DNA of 61,996 bases from Promethearchaeota archaeon Loki_b31 (GCA_005222975.1 NJBI01000013.1:1-61996), one strand, 5' to 3'; shown: positions 1 to 10,447, counted from the first letter of the stretch. Numbers and translations: made by a program. Notes: a model not told the origin generated them from the letters alone.

Positions 1-864
1 TGTTTCGTGAGTGACTCTTTCCAGCATCATTTCTAAACTAGTCATGACTCCAGCAATTAAAGATTCGTTTGCACGAATATTTTCTGTTCTAAAAAACTTT
101 TTATATATTAAGCGACCAGATTTATGCATTATTAAAACGTTATCGATTCTTTTTTGCCAGTCAATTTCGGAAAAAGAAGGTACAGAAATAAAAAATAAGC
201 CGAAAAGAATTATCCCTATTATTTGAAATATATCGCCTAATAGACGAATACCTAAGCCAAATAAATTTATCATTAAAGTTGTTGTTAACCCAAATCCAAG
301 AACAAGCAAAAAAAATCCTAAAATAAATTTGAGAATGTCGGAATTGAAACTTTTCAAACCTTTTTGTTTATAAAAATCTGAATTCAATTTTTTTATGTAA
401 AATATAAAAAACAACGAAAAAACGGGCCAAAACGTAAAAGACATAACAATTGTATATTCTACCGCCAAAAAGCTAATAAAAACGAAGATAATTACCATAG
501 ACGTAAAAATAAAAGTAAATAATTTTTTTTGTATAAAAATTTTATATTTTTCAATATAAAAAATAAAAAATAGGGCACCAGTCATTTGTACTAAATACCC
601 TAAGTCAGACAACAGTAATCTTACATGCACGTTATCTACGTAAAACTCTCCAATAAGAATTAACATCCACATAAAAGAATTTCCTAAAAATAAAAAAATA
701 TAGGCTTTTTCTTGTAAATTTTTTAATGCCTTTTCTTTACGTATAACTCTTACCCAAAATATAATAGCTAATTCTAAATATAAAAAAAATATAATCCATT
801 CTATAATTAATAGTGGTTGCCCTAACGGTCCTGTTAATGGAAATTCAATTTCTTTAAAAATCAT
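1..864 (-). CDS. 7TM membrane protein with C-terminal longin-like domain (3'-partial; missing from ORF track)
   Basis: Manual translation from ATG 864: MIFKEIEFPLTGPLGQPLLIIEWIIFFLYLELAIIFWVR..., about 7 hydrophobic segments, then VPSFSEIDWQKRIDNVLIMHKSGRLIYKKFF..ESLIAGVMTSLEMMLERVTHET running off the window edge. Same architecture as the neighbouring gene. Confidence 0.75.
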   Translation of the reverse strand, partial: MIFKEIEFPLTGPLGQPLLIIEWIIFFLYLELAIIFWVRVIRKEKALKNLQEKAYIFLFLGNSFMWMLILIGEFYVDNVHVRLLLSDLGYLVQMTGALFFIFYIEKYKIFIQKKLFTFIFTSMVIIFVFISFLAVEYTIVMSFTFWPVFSLFFIFYIKKLNSDFYKQKGLKSFNSDILKFILGFFLLVLGFGLTTTLMINLFGLGIRLLGDIFQIIGIILFGLFFISVPSFSEIDWQKRIDNVLIMHKSGRLIYKKFFRTENIRANESLIAGVMTSLEMMLERVTHET

Positions 865-884
865 ATTTTTTACAACGTTTAAGT

Positions 885-2008
885 TCAACTTATGATATTT
901 TTTATGTGATTATCAAAACTTGAAAATATTTTATTTTCTAATCCTTGTAAATCTTCAAAACTAAGTATGATGTTTTTATACAACTCTTGAAATTCATTTT
1001 TTATAGTTTTTAAAAAATAATTAATACTATTCATTTCTTTTTTGACTGTTAAACAGTATAATACGAAAGATAATGGTGCGTCTCCATTTTTTAAAAGAAT
1101 TAATAATTCTCCCCGTCTAATTTTTTCAATTCCTTCTTCTTTTTTATTGGTTATACCAGAAATAATATCCTTTATCCCAATAATCCCTCTTGAAAAGAAA
1201 TAATCGCTTTCTATTATTTCTGAGGGCTTCTTTGTTGTGTTCTCTTTTCTCTCAATTTCTTCAGTAAAATTGAATGTATAAATTATTTCAAAATTTTGGG
1301 TATTTACAATAAATAATTTTATTAAATTTTTGTCCCAGTTGAATTCCAGAAAAATAGGAAATTTATATACACATAGTAAGATTGTCGTTAATGCGAAAAG
1401 AGTAACAAAATTAGATATTAACGTTATAAATGGCATATGCTGCAGAGAAATCAGAACTACTATTTCTTCACTGCCAATTAAAATATTACTGATTAGTAAT
1501 ACTTCTCCTATAAATATAAGAATAATTCTTTTCCTTATTTTTCCTTTGGAACGGTTAATTAACTCAAGGTGGAAGAATATTAAATAAAAATAACCAAGAA
1601 TAATACTTATTATAATAAAAATAAATTGAATCGACTTTATTTGAACTACAAATATTAAAATTGAAATAACAATAGTATAAATGCTAACTGCTCTTGTGAC
1701 ATGAATATTTATAATTTTTTGAAAAGATTTTGAAGAGATTATTAAGAGAAATGAACTTACAGCTACAGCTATTATAATATGTGTAATATAAAGAAAAAAA
1801 TTATTCAATAATACGTCATTAATATAATAGCTATTATAATTCCGAATGACAATTCCACTTACTCCCAGTCCAATTAAAAGACTAAAAGCTAAAAGAATTT
1901 TATTTAATCCTATTTTTTCTTCTTTAATTTTGTAGTATTGATATAAGAAATAAAATGATATTTGATATCCAATTAGAAGCTCTAAAATCATAAATGGTAA
2001 ACAAAAAT
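885..2008 (-). CDS. 7TM membrane protein with C-terminal longin-like domain; main body, separated from its probable 5' end by an insert
   Basis: Seven hydrophobic stretches, then FPIFLEFNWDKNLIKLFIVN..FFSRGIIGIKDIISGI..EKIRRGELLILLKNG..YCLTVKK..YFLKTIKNEFQELY (longin-like). The ORF-track N-terminus (to 2096) lies inside the foreign segment. Confidence 0.7.
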
Positions 2009-2313
2009 CTTCCCCTACCCCTACCACGACTAGCAACAACAAACAAACTACCATAACTACAAATAATACAACCAACAATAAGAAATTTACGATCAATGAG
2101 AAGAACAGTAACTGCCTTTAGCGAGCCATAAGATTAGGAGGCTACACTTGTACCCTCCCCACAAGACATTCTTATGTTTTTTTCCAAAAAACATTTCACG
2201 ACATAAAACCACCCAAATACGCACAGTTCTTGCTTTCTCGACCTCATCTCACTCAAACCGTTCGAAAACTATCGGTCGGAAACCTACGCCCTGTGCAAAC
2301 AGCAACCAGCACG

Positions 2314-2523
2314 TCATTTCTTAAACTTCATTTGCACTTTTGCTTTATATCCGCAAAACGGACAGTAATTAACCCTATTACCACATTCACCATTACTTAC
2401 GTACAACTTACCGCCCTCATACTCAATACACTCAGTCACAGCACACCCATAGAGAATACGATAATCTTCAAACTCTACTTCCACATCGTGAACACTACAA
2501 TCATGCAATCTCCTACTTCCCAC
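2314..2523 (-). CDS. Small Cys-rich protein (YCPFCG zinc-ribbon-like), virus-like
   Basis: 69 aa, GTG start preceded by GAGGTAGGAG; VNYCPFCG knuckle. Confidence 0.55.
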   Translation of the reverse strand: MGSRRLHDCSVHDVEVEFEDYRILYGCAVTECIEYEGGKLYVSNGECGNRVNYCPFCGYKAKVQMKFKK

Positions 2524-2536
2524 TCACTCCTACCTC

Positions 2537-2752
2537 TCACAACCCTTTTTGAACCAAATAACTATCGTCTTTTAGCAAACCTTCTTTATCAACCGGTTTA
2601 CCCATAATATCATCTATTACACGTTTATAAATATACGCACCCACTTTTCCAACGCTATTATAATAGTCAACCATCGCATCTTTTGAACTACTTACCATAT
2701 ACAATGCCTCATCCACACCAAACTCCCCCCCGTCTCTAACACTTTTTCCCAC
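2537..2752 (-). CDS. Small hypothetical protein within the insert
   Basis: 71 aa, GTG start preceded by AGGTG; 13 bp from the next ORF. Confidence 0.5.
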   Translation of the reverse strand: MGKSVRDGGEFGVDEALYMVSSSKDAMVDYYNSVGKVGAYIYKRVIDDIMGKPVDKEGLLKDDSYLVQKGL

Positions 2753-2768
2753 TCAGCCTGCACCTACT

Positions 2769-2808
2769 ATAGAGAATTTTCTCTTCTTAGGGTCATAGGT
2801 AATATCAT
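2769..2808 (-). pseudogene. Probable displaced 5' end of the 7TM-longin gene (MILPMTLRRENSL)
   Basis: ATG 2808 joins in frame to FCLPFMILELLIGYQ if 2009-2768 is deleted, giving 387 aa. Confidence 0.5.
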
Positions 2809-3340
2809 TTATAATTATTGATACATGATATTTTAAAAGATATGCAAAAAAATATAGATAGGTTGTTTAATGATAAAACGAAATATTTTGGAGTATCATT
2901 TTAAAGTTCAAATTTGATCAAATAAAAGAAATAACTAGAGTTATTAAATCTACTCAAGATATCGCGAAAGTAAAGCCCAAATAGAAATCAAATGTATCTT
3001 TGATGGCGATTTATGTTAAATCACGTGTAAGTTGGCAATTATTATTAGAAAAGCTTTTGCAACTATTGATATTCAAAAGAAATTTTACGAAAATTAAAAT
3101 TTCGATTTTATTCCAAATATATATTTAACTATGGATAGATTTGTTATATTTGAAAATAGTTTTATATAAATCAATCAATCATATCTATGTTTATTTAATA
3201 AAATATAATGTTATGAAATGTTTAATTTATAAGCTCATGTGTGCATAAAGTGTCAAAAATAGGTATTTATTCGTCCTTGTATTCCAATAAAGCAAGTCTT
3301 TATTGTTTAAAAGAAAAAACAGATTTAAAAAGCATTTACG

Positions 3341-3889
3341 GTGATCAAGATATTTAAAGAGGAAAAGACTTACAAAATATGCGTTTTCGGTGATACTGGT
3401 GTTGGAAAGACTACGTTAACCCAAAGGTACCTAACGAGTATTTTTCATCTTAATATAATAAATACAATGGGTGCACAATTATTTGTGAAATTTGTAGAGG
3501 TTAAAAATATACGAATAACTTTGCAGATATGGGATTTTGGTGGTGAAGATATCTTCAGATTTCTTTTACCTGCTTATTCGTACGGATCTTCAGGAGGAAT
3601 CTTTATGTTTGATCTTACAAATAATTCTACTTTAGAAAAAATAGAAGATTGGTTAGCAACTTTTAAAGAAGGTTTAACCAAGGATGAAAGTGAAATCCCT
3701 ATCATAATGGTTGGGGGAAAACTAGATCTTCAAGATAAAAGAACCATTTCAACTAAATATGCGAGAAAGTTCCTAAAATCACATAATTTAGATAGTTATA
3801 TTGAATGTTCAGCAAAAACTGGTCAAAATGTCGAACTCGTATTTGAAAAATTAATACAAAAAATATTGAAAAATTCTGGTTTAATTTAA
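3341..3889 (+). CDS. Rab-like small GTPase
   Basis: G1 GDTGVGKTT, LQIWDFGGE, G4 GKLD, G5 ECSAKTG; no C-terminal Cys. Confidence 0.93.
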   Translation: MIKIFKEEKTYKICVFGDTGVGKTTLTQRYLTSIFHLNIINTMGAQLFVKFVEVKNIRITLQIWDFGGEDIFRFLLPAYSYGSSGGIFMFDLTNNSTLEKIEDWLATFKEGLTKDESEIPIIMVGGKLDLQDKRTISTKYARKFLKSHNLDSYIECSAKTGQNVELVFEKLIQKILKNSGLI

Positions 3890-4004
3890 CTATTTTTGAT
3901 TTTTCAATAATATTTTATCTAAGAACTATCTTTAATTAATTAGATTGATTTTAAAGCTAAAAAAGAATTCACTAATTACCATATTATAATATAGGGGATA
4001 TAGG

Positions 4005-4541
4005 ATAGCTACTGATATTACGTTAAAGATAGTAATCTTTGGGGAAGTTGGAACAGGTAAAACTTCATTAGCTGGTAGATATCTAACTGAACAATTCGAT
4101 AAGGATATTAGAAAAACAATGGGAGTCGATATCAGTATTAAAAAAGTTGTGATTGAAAATATTAAAGTTACCCTTCAGATATGGGATTTGGCAGGCGATG
4201 AGCGTTTCAGATTTTTATTACCAATATATGGACGTGGAGCATCGGGGGGTATTTTTATGTATGATATTACTAGAGCATCTAGTTTAAATAATTTTGGCAA
4301 TTGGTTAAATTTATTTAAACAAGATGTATCTGGAAATGAGACAGACATCCCGATTATAATGGTTGGTAATAAGTTAGACCTCCTAAATATGAGAACTGTC
4401 TCTATTGAGGATGCAATCAAATCCTCAAGATATCGTAATATTCTTGGTTTTATAGAATGTTCCGCTAAGACTGGTGAAAATGTTAGTTTAATTTTTAACG
4501 CTTTAACGCTCGCAATAATGAAGAAGGCTAGTTTTATATAA
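4005..4541 (+). CDS. Rab-like small GTPase, tandem paralogue; extends upstream of the ORF-track ATG, probable ATA start
   Basis: Frame open from 3990; KIVIFGEVGTGKTS lies before ATG 4119; WDLAGDE, NKLD, ECSAKTG. Confidence 0.88.
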   Translation: MATDITLKIVIFGEVGTGKTSLAGRYLTEQFDKDIRKTMGVDISIKKVVIENIKVTLQIWDLAGDERFRFLLPIYGRGASGGIFMYDITRASSLNNFGNWLNLFKQDVSGNETDIPIIMVGNKLDLLNMRTVSIEDAIKSSRYRNILGFIECSAKTGENVSLIFNALTLAIMKKASFI

Positions 4542-4698
4542 ATCTAAATATTTTGGGATATTATTCCTTTTAGGTCACGTAAAAAAATAATTTTTACATT
4601 CGAACGCACACAAAACGGTTTGAATATATTTACGGTCGTTTTCAAGGCTCTTCGGCAATCGTTGATTTGCTAGAATGGGGCTATTTATCGAGCTTTGA

Positions 4699-7600
4699 TC
4701 AATTTCTATTGATTTTTGGACTGAACTTATTTAAATATGGACTAACTAAAATTTTTCTCTTAATCAAAGATCTTATTCCATCTAAAACTAAATCCTTATT
4801 TTCTTCATGTACGGAACCTACTAAAGTATTTAATTTAAAGAATTTTTCAGATTTAAATTCTGATAAGATAACATTAATTATTCTTGTTTCCATTGTAGTT
4901 AAATCTCCAGAATTCTTAATTTTGCTAAAATATGATTCATTATTTGTTAATGAAAACGGTTCATAGTAATATAAAAACAAGAATTGATTTAAGAGAACAT
5001 CTATTCCATCTTTGATTGCAGGTAATGAACCCATAAAATGTTCTAATTTCTCAGGAAACAGCGCATATATAGCAACTGCAAGAAGATAAAGTTGTTTTCT
5101 TAATCTATTAGAACTTCTTTCTTTAATAATTAATATTGCCCTAATTGCTTCATATTCACAAACAAGAAGATAAAAGTATTTAAAGTCTAATTCGAATACA
5201 TTTTTTGAATATTTATCTTGATGAGCGTCATTTATTTTAGTTACTAACGTATCTCCGTCAACCAACGCTTCACTAAAAATACTTATAGCTTGAATAAACC
5301 CTGAAATAATCGTTTCATTTTTGTTCTTTAAAATAGAGATTTTTTTATTGTATATTGGAAGACCACTTTTTTTATGGATAACAAGAAAAGCTTGGATATT
5401 CCAAACATCTTTAAATAATTGAATTCTTTGTTGTAATTCTAAATCTCTTTTCTTTTTCTTAGGTAAAAAAACATATGCTCTTAAACTTAGTATACCTAAA
5501 ACACTTATTATCGCAGCTAAGATTGCTAATATTATCCCAATCCAAATTATTGGGAATTCGGGTTCTTTTACGACTAATAGAAATGAATATTGTGTTGTTT
5601 TATAAACAGTTCCTTCTTTTAAGATTATCAATGTAATTTTATAATTTCCACGAATATTTTCTGGAATAACAAGTTCCAACTCATAAATTCCATCTCCAAT
5701 TTCCTCAAAGTTTCCTAGTCCAAAATCCCATGAATAAGAAATAATAGCATTTTCAATGAAATTCATTGTTCCAAATTCAGTTAAGTTAATTCTTATTTGA
5801 ATTTTTTCTCCAGTATTTACTTCGATCGAATCTTGAAAATCAATAGTTTGAACGTCAAATTCTATTTGATTAACTAAAATTTGGAAAGAAAAAGTTGTAG
5901 TAGTATAATTATCTTGCTGAAATCTAATATATACATAATTAATCCCTAATGAAAAGGTAGAAGTTGATATTAGTATTGAGGTGCTAAACCAAGAATTATC
6001 GTACTCTACTAAACTTTGCTCATATTGCTCATTAATAAAGGTTATTGTACCTCCAGATAAATATATTTGCTCAAGCGCAGCATATGCCCTACATGATAAT
6101 GTTATCACCTTATTATAAGAGGTTTCAACTAATGAATTCTCGCCAACTTCAAGAGAATTGATAACAACTTTGAGATTTACGTTCTGTTCGCTGATTATTA
6201 TAGTTACACTTTTGAAAGCATTCGCATATCCTATATGCTCTAATTTTATTAATGCTGTATAATGACTAGTGGAAAGGCCTTTTGTATCAAGACTTATAAT
6301 AAACCCATCAGCAACAGAAACGATATTAGATGCCCCCTCCCATTCTACGCTGCAATTAGCCCCGGAAATTAATTCATTTGAATCTTCAATCGTGTAGTTG
6401 ACTTTTAGATCGATAACCTCATTTAAATAAGCATTTACAATAGATTTATTTGCATCTGCAATTGTTTGAATTGGATTTACTATTAAAGTTATGAAACCAG
6501 TAGTAGCTCCGTAATCAGTTTTATTTGCAAAAACTGTAATTGTAAAAGATTCAAAAACACCCTGAGTTGGTATATCAATTGTAGAAAAGTTTAGAGTAAA
6601 AGTACCAAATGTATCATTTGTTACTTGATAGGGATTATCCCAATCTGTTGTAATATTAGCATCTCCTGGTATTAAAGCACCAGAAATCGCTCCTGTAACA
6701 TTTACTTGACAGATAGCATAGCTATTCGCCATAGCATTAATCGCCGCGGAGGGAACTTCTAATGCCAAAGGTTGTGCTATAATCTTTAGATGAATTATAT
6801 TCTCCTTAGTTTGGTTTTCATAGAAGGATTTGCTGGCATTAAAAGAAAAATAGTAATCTCCTAAACCTAAGGAACTCGTGTCTATATCTATAAAATAAAC
6901 ACCCGAACCAAGATATCCCATTACTCCAGATGCACCAAATGTAGAATTATATTTGACAGAAGCAAAATGTACTGACTCATTAATATCGTCATCTAAAAAT
7001 CTCACCTTTATCAGAAGAGGATCTCCAGCTACTTGCTCAAAATAGGGATCTACTGCTGTTAAATTTGTTTTGTGTATTACATTAAATTGTAACAATGAGA
7101 ATCCCACTTGCGACATGTTTATATCATGATCATGCCATATAATTTGAGCAGAGTATTTTCCAGTACTAGCATTACTTGTACCTAGTCTTATTTCCGAAAA
7201 TCCAACATTTCCGTTGATGTCAACAGAAATATTTCCCTCTTGATACCACAATGAACCATTAGGACTAAAGATTTTTAATGTAGCTTTTGTATTATCAATA
7301 CTCGGAATTAATTTTATTGATGCATTAATTCTTAATTTATCATCTATATGGAAAGTATCGTTTTCACACCATATAGATGCATCTTTCCTAAATAGATTTG
7401 CTAATTCAACATAATTAGGTGCCTCCGCTACGATTTTCCATACACCTCCGGTAATAATATTATTTGGGATAGTCAATGTCGAATTCCCCAATCCAGCACC
7501 TATAACTTCATTTATTCTATTATTGGAATATGGATCTATTACTTGAGTTACATTCCAATTTAATGGTTTTGAAACATTAAAATAATAGTTCATTGAATAA

Positions 7601-8859
7601 GAACCTGGGATTGATATTGGAATATTCATTGTCCAAATAGTATTTGTACCATTTTCCACGATAAATTCACTTCCAGTGCTGCCAATATTTGTAGTTGTAT
7701 AGCCAAGGGAAGATGCCATCACAAAAAAATTTGTATTTACCAAAACATTTCCAGTAGAATTTGAAGAAAATGAAAATTCATGTGTGGACCCTCCTACTTC
7801 TCCTGACCAATTACCTTCAAGAGAGATATTCCCTTTTCCAAATAGATTTGGGAAATCTTGTATAGGTTGATTTTTTAAACCACCACTTGCATTATCAGTT
7901 ATGTTAAGGTCAATTGTTGAGGGTTTTGGAATCGATTGAATTTCAAATGAAATATTATCATAATATATCGTCAAAGAACCAACAGGATTGTAAGCTGCAT
8001 TTTTTACTCCAAATGAAAAATAAATACTTACATTTGCTGGAGGATCATATTCATATAGTTCTGGGAAGGGAGATATGAGGTTAAGCATTGTAATAGGATA
8101 CCAAGTATCATTCACAATATCGGCAGGTTTTTTTAAATCAAATTCGTGGAGAGTGCTACTTCCATCGTTATAGGAAAATTCTAGACCCATTACATATTTA
8201 CTCCCAGGTGGGAGGAGTTCTCGCCATGAATTATCAGTCATAATCCACTTCACACTATATTTAATATACCAATCTTCATATGGTATATTTTCACGCAAGA
8301 GAGGAAAGGAATAATTAATTAATGAAGATGTATCTTGCCAATTACCACCATCCTCATCAAGTTTTAAATATATAGAATCGTTAGATCCTGTTGGATTGTT
8401 ATAATGCCCAACAGTGAACTTAGTTGGATTTCCTGTAGTGCGATTAGTCCATCTGTTTTGATCAATCCCATTATCAAATGTTTGATTCATAACCACTGCA
8501 CCATACTCATATAGATTAGTGACATCACACAAAATCGCGTTTCCTTCCCAATCATTTGGAATAATAACTGAAGCATTTTCATTATTAGTAACATTGATAT
8601 TGTTATTTAAAAAATACCCTTCCCCATATTCTGTTACATTTTGAGCTTTTCCAACTCCAGAATATTTAAATAATGAAGAAGCATCACTTAATTCTAATTC
8701 GAAATCATTATTAGGTTCATGATCTTGACTGAGATTTGTTCGATCAATAAAATTGATGTTTAAATCAGTCGTAAAGTTAAATAAACATATAAAACTTGAA
8801 ATAACTAATATAATCGATAAATCTCCTAATTTCCTTAAATTTTTAGAAATAATAATCAA
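4699..8859 (-). CDS. Large cell-surface single-pass protein: beta-rich (Ig-like) ectodomain, TM, cytoplasmic longin-like domain and possible winged helix
   Basis: N-terminal hydrophobic segment; many N-x-S/T sequons; TM IIWIGIILAILAAIISVLGILSL then KKKKR; IQAFLVIHKKSGLPIY..ETIISGFIQAISIFSE longin-like motif. Confidence 0.8.
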   Translation of the reverse strand: MIIISKNLRKLGDLSIILVISSFICLFNFTTDLNINFIDRTNLSQDHEPNNDFELELSDASSLFKYSGVGKAQNVTEYGEGYFLNNNINVTNNENASVIIPNDWEGNAILCDVTNLYEYGAVVMNQTFDNGIDQNRWTNRTTGNPTKFTVGHYNNPTGSNDSIYLKLDEDGGNWQDTSSLINYSFPLLRENIPYEDWYIKYSVKWIMTDNSWRELLPPGSKYVMGLEFSYNDGSSTLHEFDLKKPADIVNDTWYPITMLNLISPFPELYEYDPPANVSIYFSFGVKNAAYNPVGSLTIYYDNISFEIQSIPKPSTIDLNITDNASGGLKNQPIQDFPNLFGKGNISLEGNWSGEVGGSTHEFSFSSNSTGNVLVNTNFFVMASSLGYTTTNIGSTGSEFIVENGTNTIWTMNIPISIPGSYSMNYYFNVSKPLNWNVTQVIDPYSNNRINEVIGAGLGNSTLTIPNNIITGGVWKIVAEAPNYVELANLFRKDASIWCENDTFHIDDKLRINASIKLIPSIDNTKATLKIFSPNGSLWYQEGNISVDINGNVGFSEIRLGTSNASTGKYSAQIIWHDHDINMSQVGFSLLQFNVIHKTNLTAVDPYFEQVAGDPLLIKVRFLDDDINESVHFASVKYNSTFGASGVMGYLGSGVYFIDIDTSSLGLGDYYFSFNASKSFYENQTKENIIHLKIIAQPLALEVPSAAINAMANSYAICQVNVTGAISGALIPGDANITTDWDNPYQVTNDTFGTFTLNFSTIDIPTQGVFESFTITVFANKTDYGATTGFITLIVNPIQTIADANKSIVNAYLNEVIDLKVNYTIEDSNELISGANCSVEWEGASNIVSVADGFIISLDTKGLSTSHYTALIKLEHIGYANAFKSVTIIISEQNVNLKVVINSLEVGENSLVETSYNKVITLSCRAYAALEQIYLSGGTITFINEQYEQSLVEYDNSWFSTSILISTSTFSLGINYVYIRFQQDNYTTTTFSFQILVNQIEFDVQTIDFQDSIEVNTGEKIQIRINLTEFGTMNFIENAIISYSWDFGLGNFEEIGDGIYELELVIPENIRGNYKITLIILKEGTVYKTTQYSFLLVVKEPEFPIIWIGIILAILAAIISVLGILSLRAYVFLPKKKKRDLELQQRIQLFKDVWNIQAFLVIHKKSGLPIYNKKISILKNKNETIISGFIQAISIFSEALVDGDTLVTKINDAHQDKYSKNVFELDFKYFYLLVCEYEAIRAILIIKERSSNRLRKQLYLLAVAIYALFPEKLEHFMGSLPAIKDGIDVLLNQFLFLYYYEPFSLTNNESYFSKIKNSGDLTTMETRIINVILSEFKSEKFFKLNTLVGSVHEENKDLVLDGIRSLIKRKILVSPYLNKFSPKINRN

Positions 8860-9290
8860 CCCTTAAGTTTAATAACCCGAAAATTTGAATAATTACATAG
8901 AAGATTAATATGATTTAAAAAAATTATAGTGTTAAAACATTGCCTGCTAATAAAAATAATCATCCTTATTTTCTTTTGAAAATTAATCATTACCACTTTA
9001 AATAAACCGAAGATTTTTTTTGACAATCTAGTAAAATTTATATATTATAAAATTATCGTTTTTTAAATTAGAAGTTTTATTTTTATTCAAAATAAATATT
9101 CAATTTTATGAACTAAGAATCGGTTTAACTAAATCGTGTATGAAATTGTTAAGGAGAAAATATGGGTATATGCAAATGTCAGTGCTGACGAAACGATCAG
9201 ATCGAAATTTGCCTCTAATGATAGATTCTTGCTATTTCTCCAGTCGAAAAAGATAGGCACACCTTAATTTCCATCGATAAAAGACTTTAC

Positions 9291-9644
9291 GTGAGGGAAA
9301 AACTTAAAGGGAATCCTTTTCTTATTTTTAATATGCCAATACCAAAAGTAAGAAAATTAATGGCTCCCATTAATATAGAACAATCCACTCTTATTAAATT
9401 TTTTCCTAGTTTACCAGAGCCAAAAAAATCTGACCTCCTCGTTAAAAAAGATAAAATTGACTCGATGTCGTACGATAGCAGGTATAATCTCCGTTTAGAG
9501 TCAGGAAATACGATAGAGATTGAGGAGACTCATTGCTTAGATTGTGGCAAGCGTTTAAAGAAGAACGGGTTTAACGACAGAGTAGCGATCTTGGACGAAG
9601 GGCTTGGAAGGTACGAGTTTTTTTTCATCAAAAATTTGGTATAG
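9291..9644 (+). mobile_element. IS transposase N-terminal remnant (ISNCY-like zinc-ribbon region); no catalytic domain
   Basis: HCLDCGKRLKKNGFN..LGRYEF resembles the CxxC..NGxN..G N-termini of archaeal transposases; ends at a T8 run. Confidence 0.55.
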
Positions 9645-10447
9645 AAGCTAAATATGTAATAATTTTAATATCAAAAGAATACCCATTGAAAGATTGGACT
9701 AATTGGGAATTCTCTATTGCTAGAGATGAAGCAAAGAAAAGAAAAGAAGAATTTATTTTACCTATTCGTATAGATGATACAAAAATATTAGGAATTCACG
9801 ATGATATTGGCTTTATAGATTTGAGAGAAAAAAGTATTGAAGAAACAGTTAAGATATTATTAGAAAAATTAGATATTAAGAAATTAGCAGAAGGTATTAA
9901 GGGTAAAGCTGAGATTTTTAATGACAGAAATCTTAAAAATAAAGCTAAAGAGTTATTATTGAAGGTAAATAAAACTCATATAAATTTATCTAACATTCTT
10001 CCAGAATTCTATGATTTTCTAATAAAAATTGATGAAAAAGAAGAGATAATATGGGTTGAGGCGGAGTTGTCAGGAGATATTTATGAAGTTGGGAAAGACG
10101 ACCCTGAATATTTTAAATATAGGGGAATTAAGGGTTATTTAAGTCCAGTGAATATAACTTCGTTTGGCTTATCTACATTAGATATGGTAGTTGCAGATCC
10201 AAAATATCTTATGGAACCATTTAAGTTTATTCCTTTAAGATCTATATTTGAATTAGAAAGATACGCAAATGATCCAAATAATATTTGTGTATTTACTTTT
10301 AATCAAGAATTAGTGAAGCTATTGGGACTTGATACTATTAATATCACGAAAATTTATTTTTATTTTAAACCTTCTGATATTGTTCATATAATTTCTAACA
10401 TAAAACAAAAAATAAGCAGATTTCTCATCAAAATAATGAGAAATTGA
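9620..10447 (+). pseudogene. TIR domain plus AbiTii-like domain protein, N-terminally truncated
   Basis: AKYVIILISKEYPLKDWTNWEF..FILPIRIDDTKILGI..GFIDLR is the C-terminal part of a TIR_2 domain; LSNIL..WVEAELSG..PEYFKYRGIKG is AbiTii-like. First TIR strand and helix absent. Confidence 0.7.

Larger units (their letters stand above)
2009..2768. mobile_element. Foreign ~760-bp insert (virus/plasmid-like fragment or assembly chimera); ends approximate
   Basis: Abrupt switch to C/A-rich, G-poor plus strand with higher GC; closely packed minus-strand ORFs with GTG starts and AGGTG/AGGAG SD-like motifs; removal restores the flanking reading frame. Confidence 0.65.

Noticed and set aside
11-226. Short antisense ORFs in the track (also 1330, 4175, 4667, 10792, 19502, 28900, 30890, 41269, 43365, 56271, 57433 and similar)
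   Set aside because: Shadows of well-supported genes on the opposite strand.
2230-2607. 125-aa plus-strand ORF
   Set aside because: Antisense to SD-bearing minus-strand ORFs; Thr/Leu bias reflects strand skew.
2009-2768. IS, MITE or self-splicing intron
   Set aside because: No TIRs, transposase or recognisable intron structure; CCTAC copies near both ends do not restore the frame, so they are not a convincing target duplication.
9178-9189. GTCAG-tg-CTGAC palindrome as an IS end
   Set aside because: No partner end found; too short to support.
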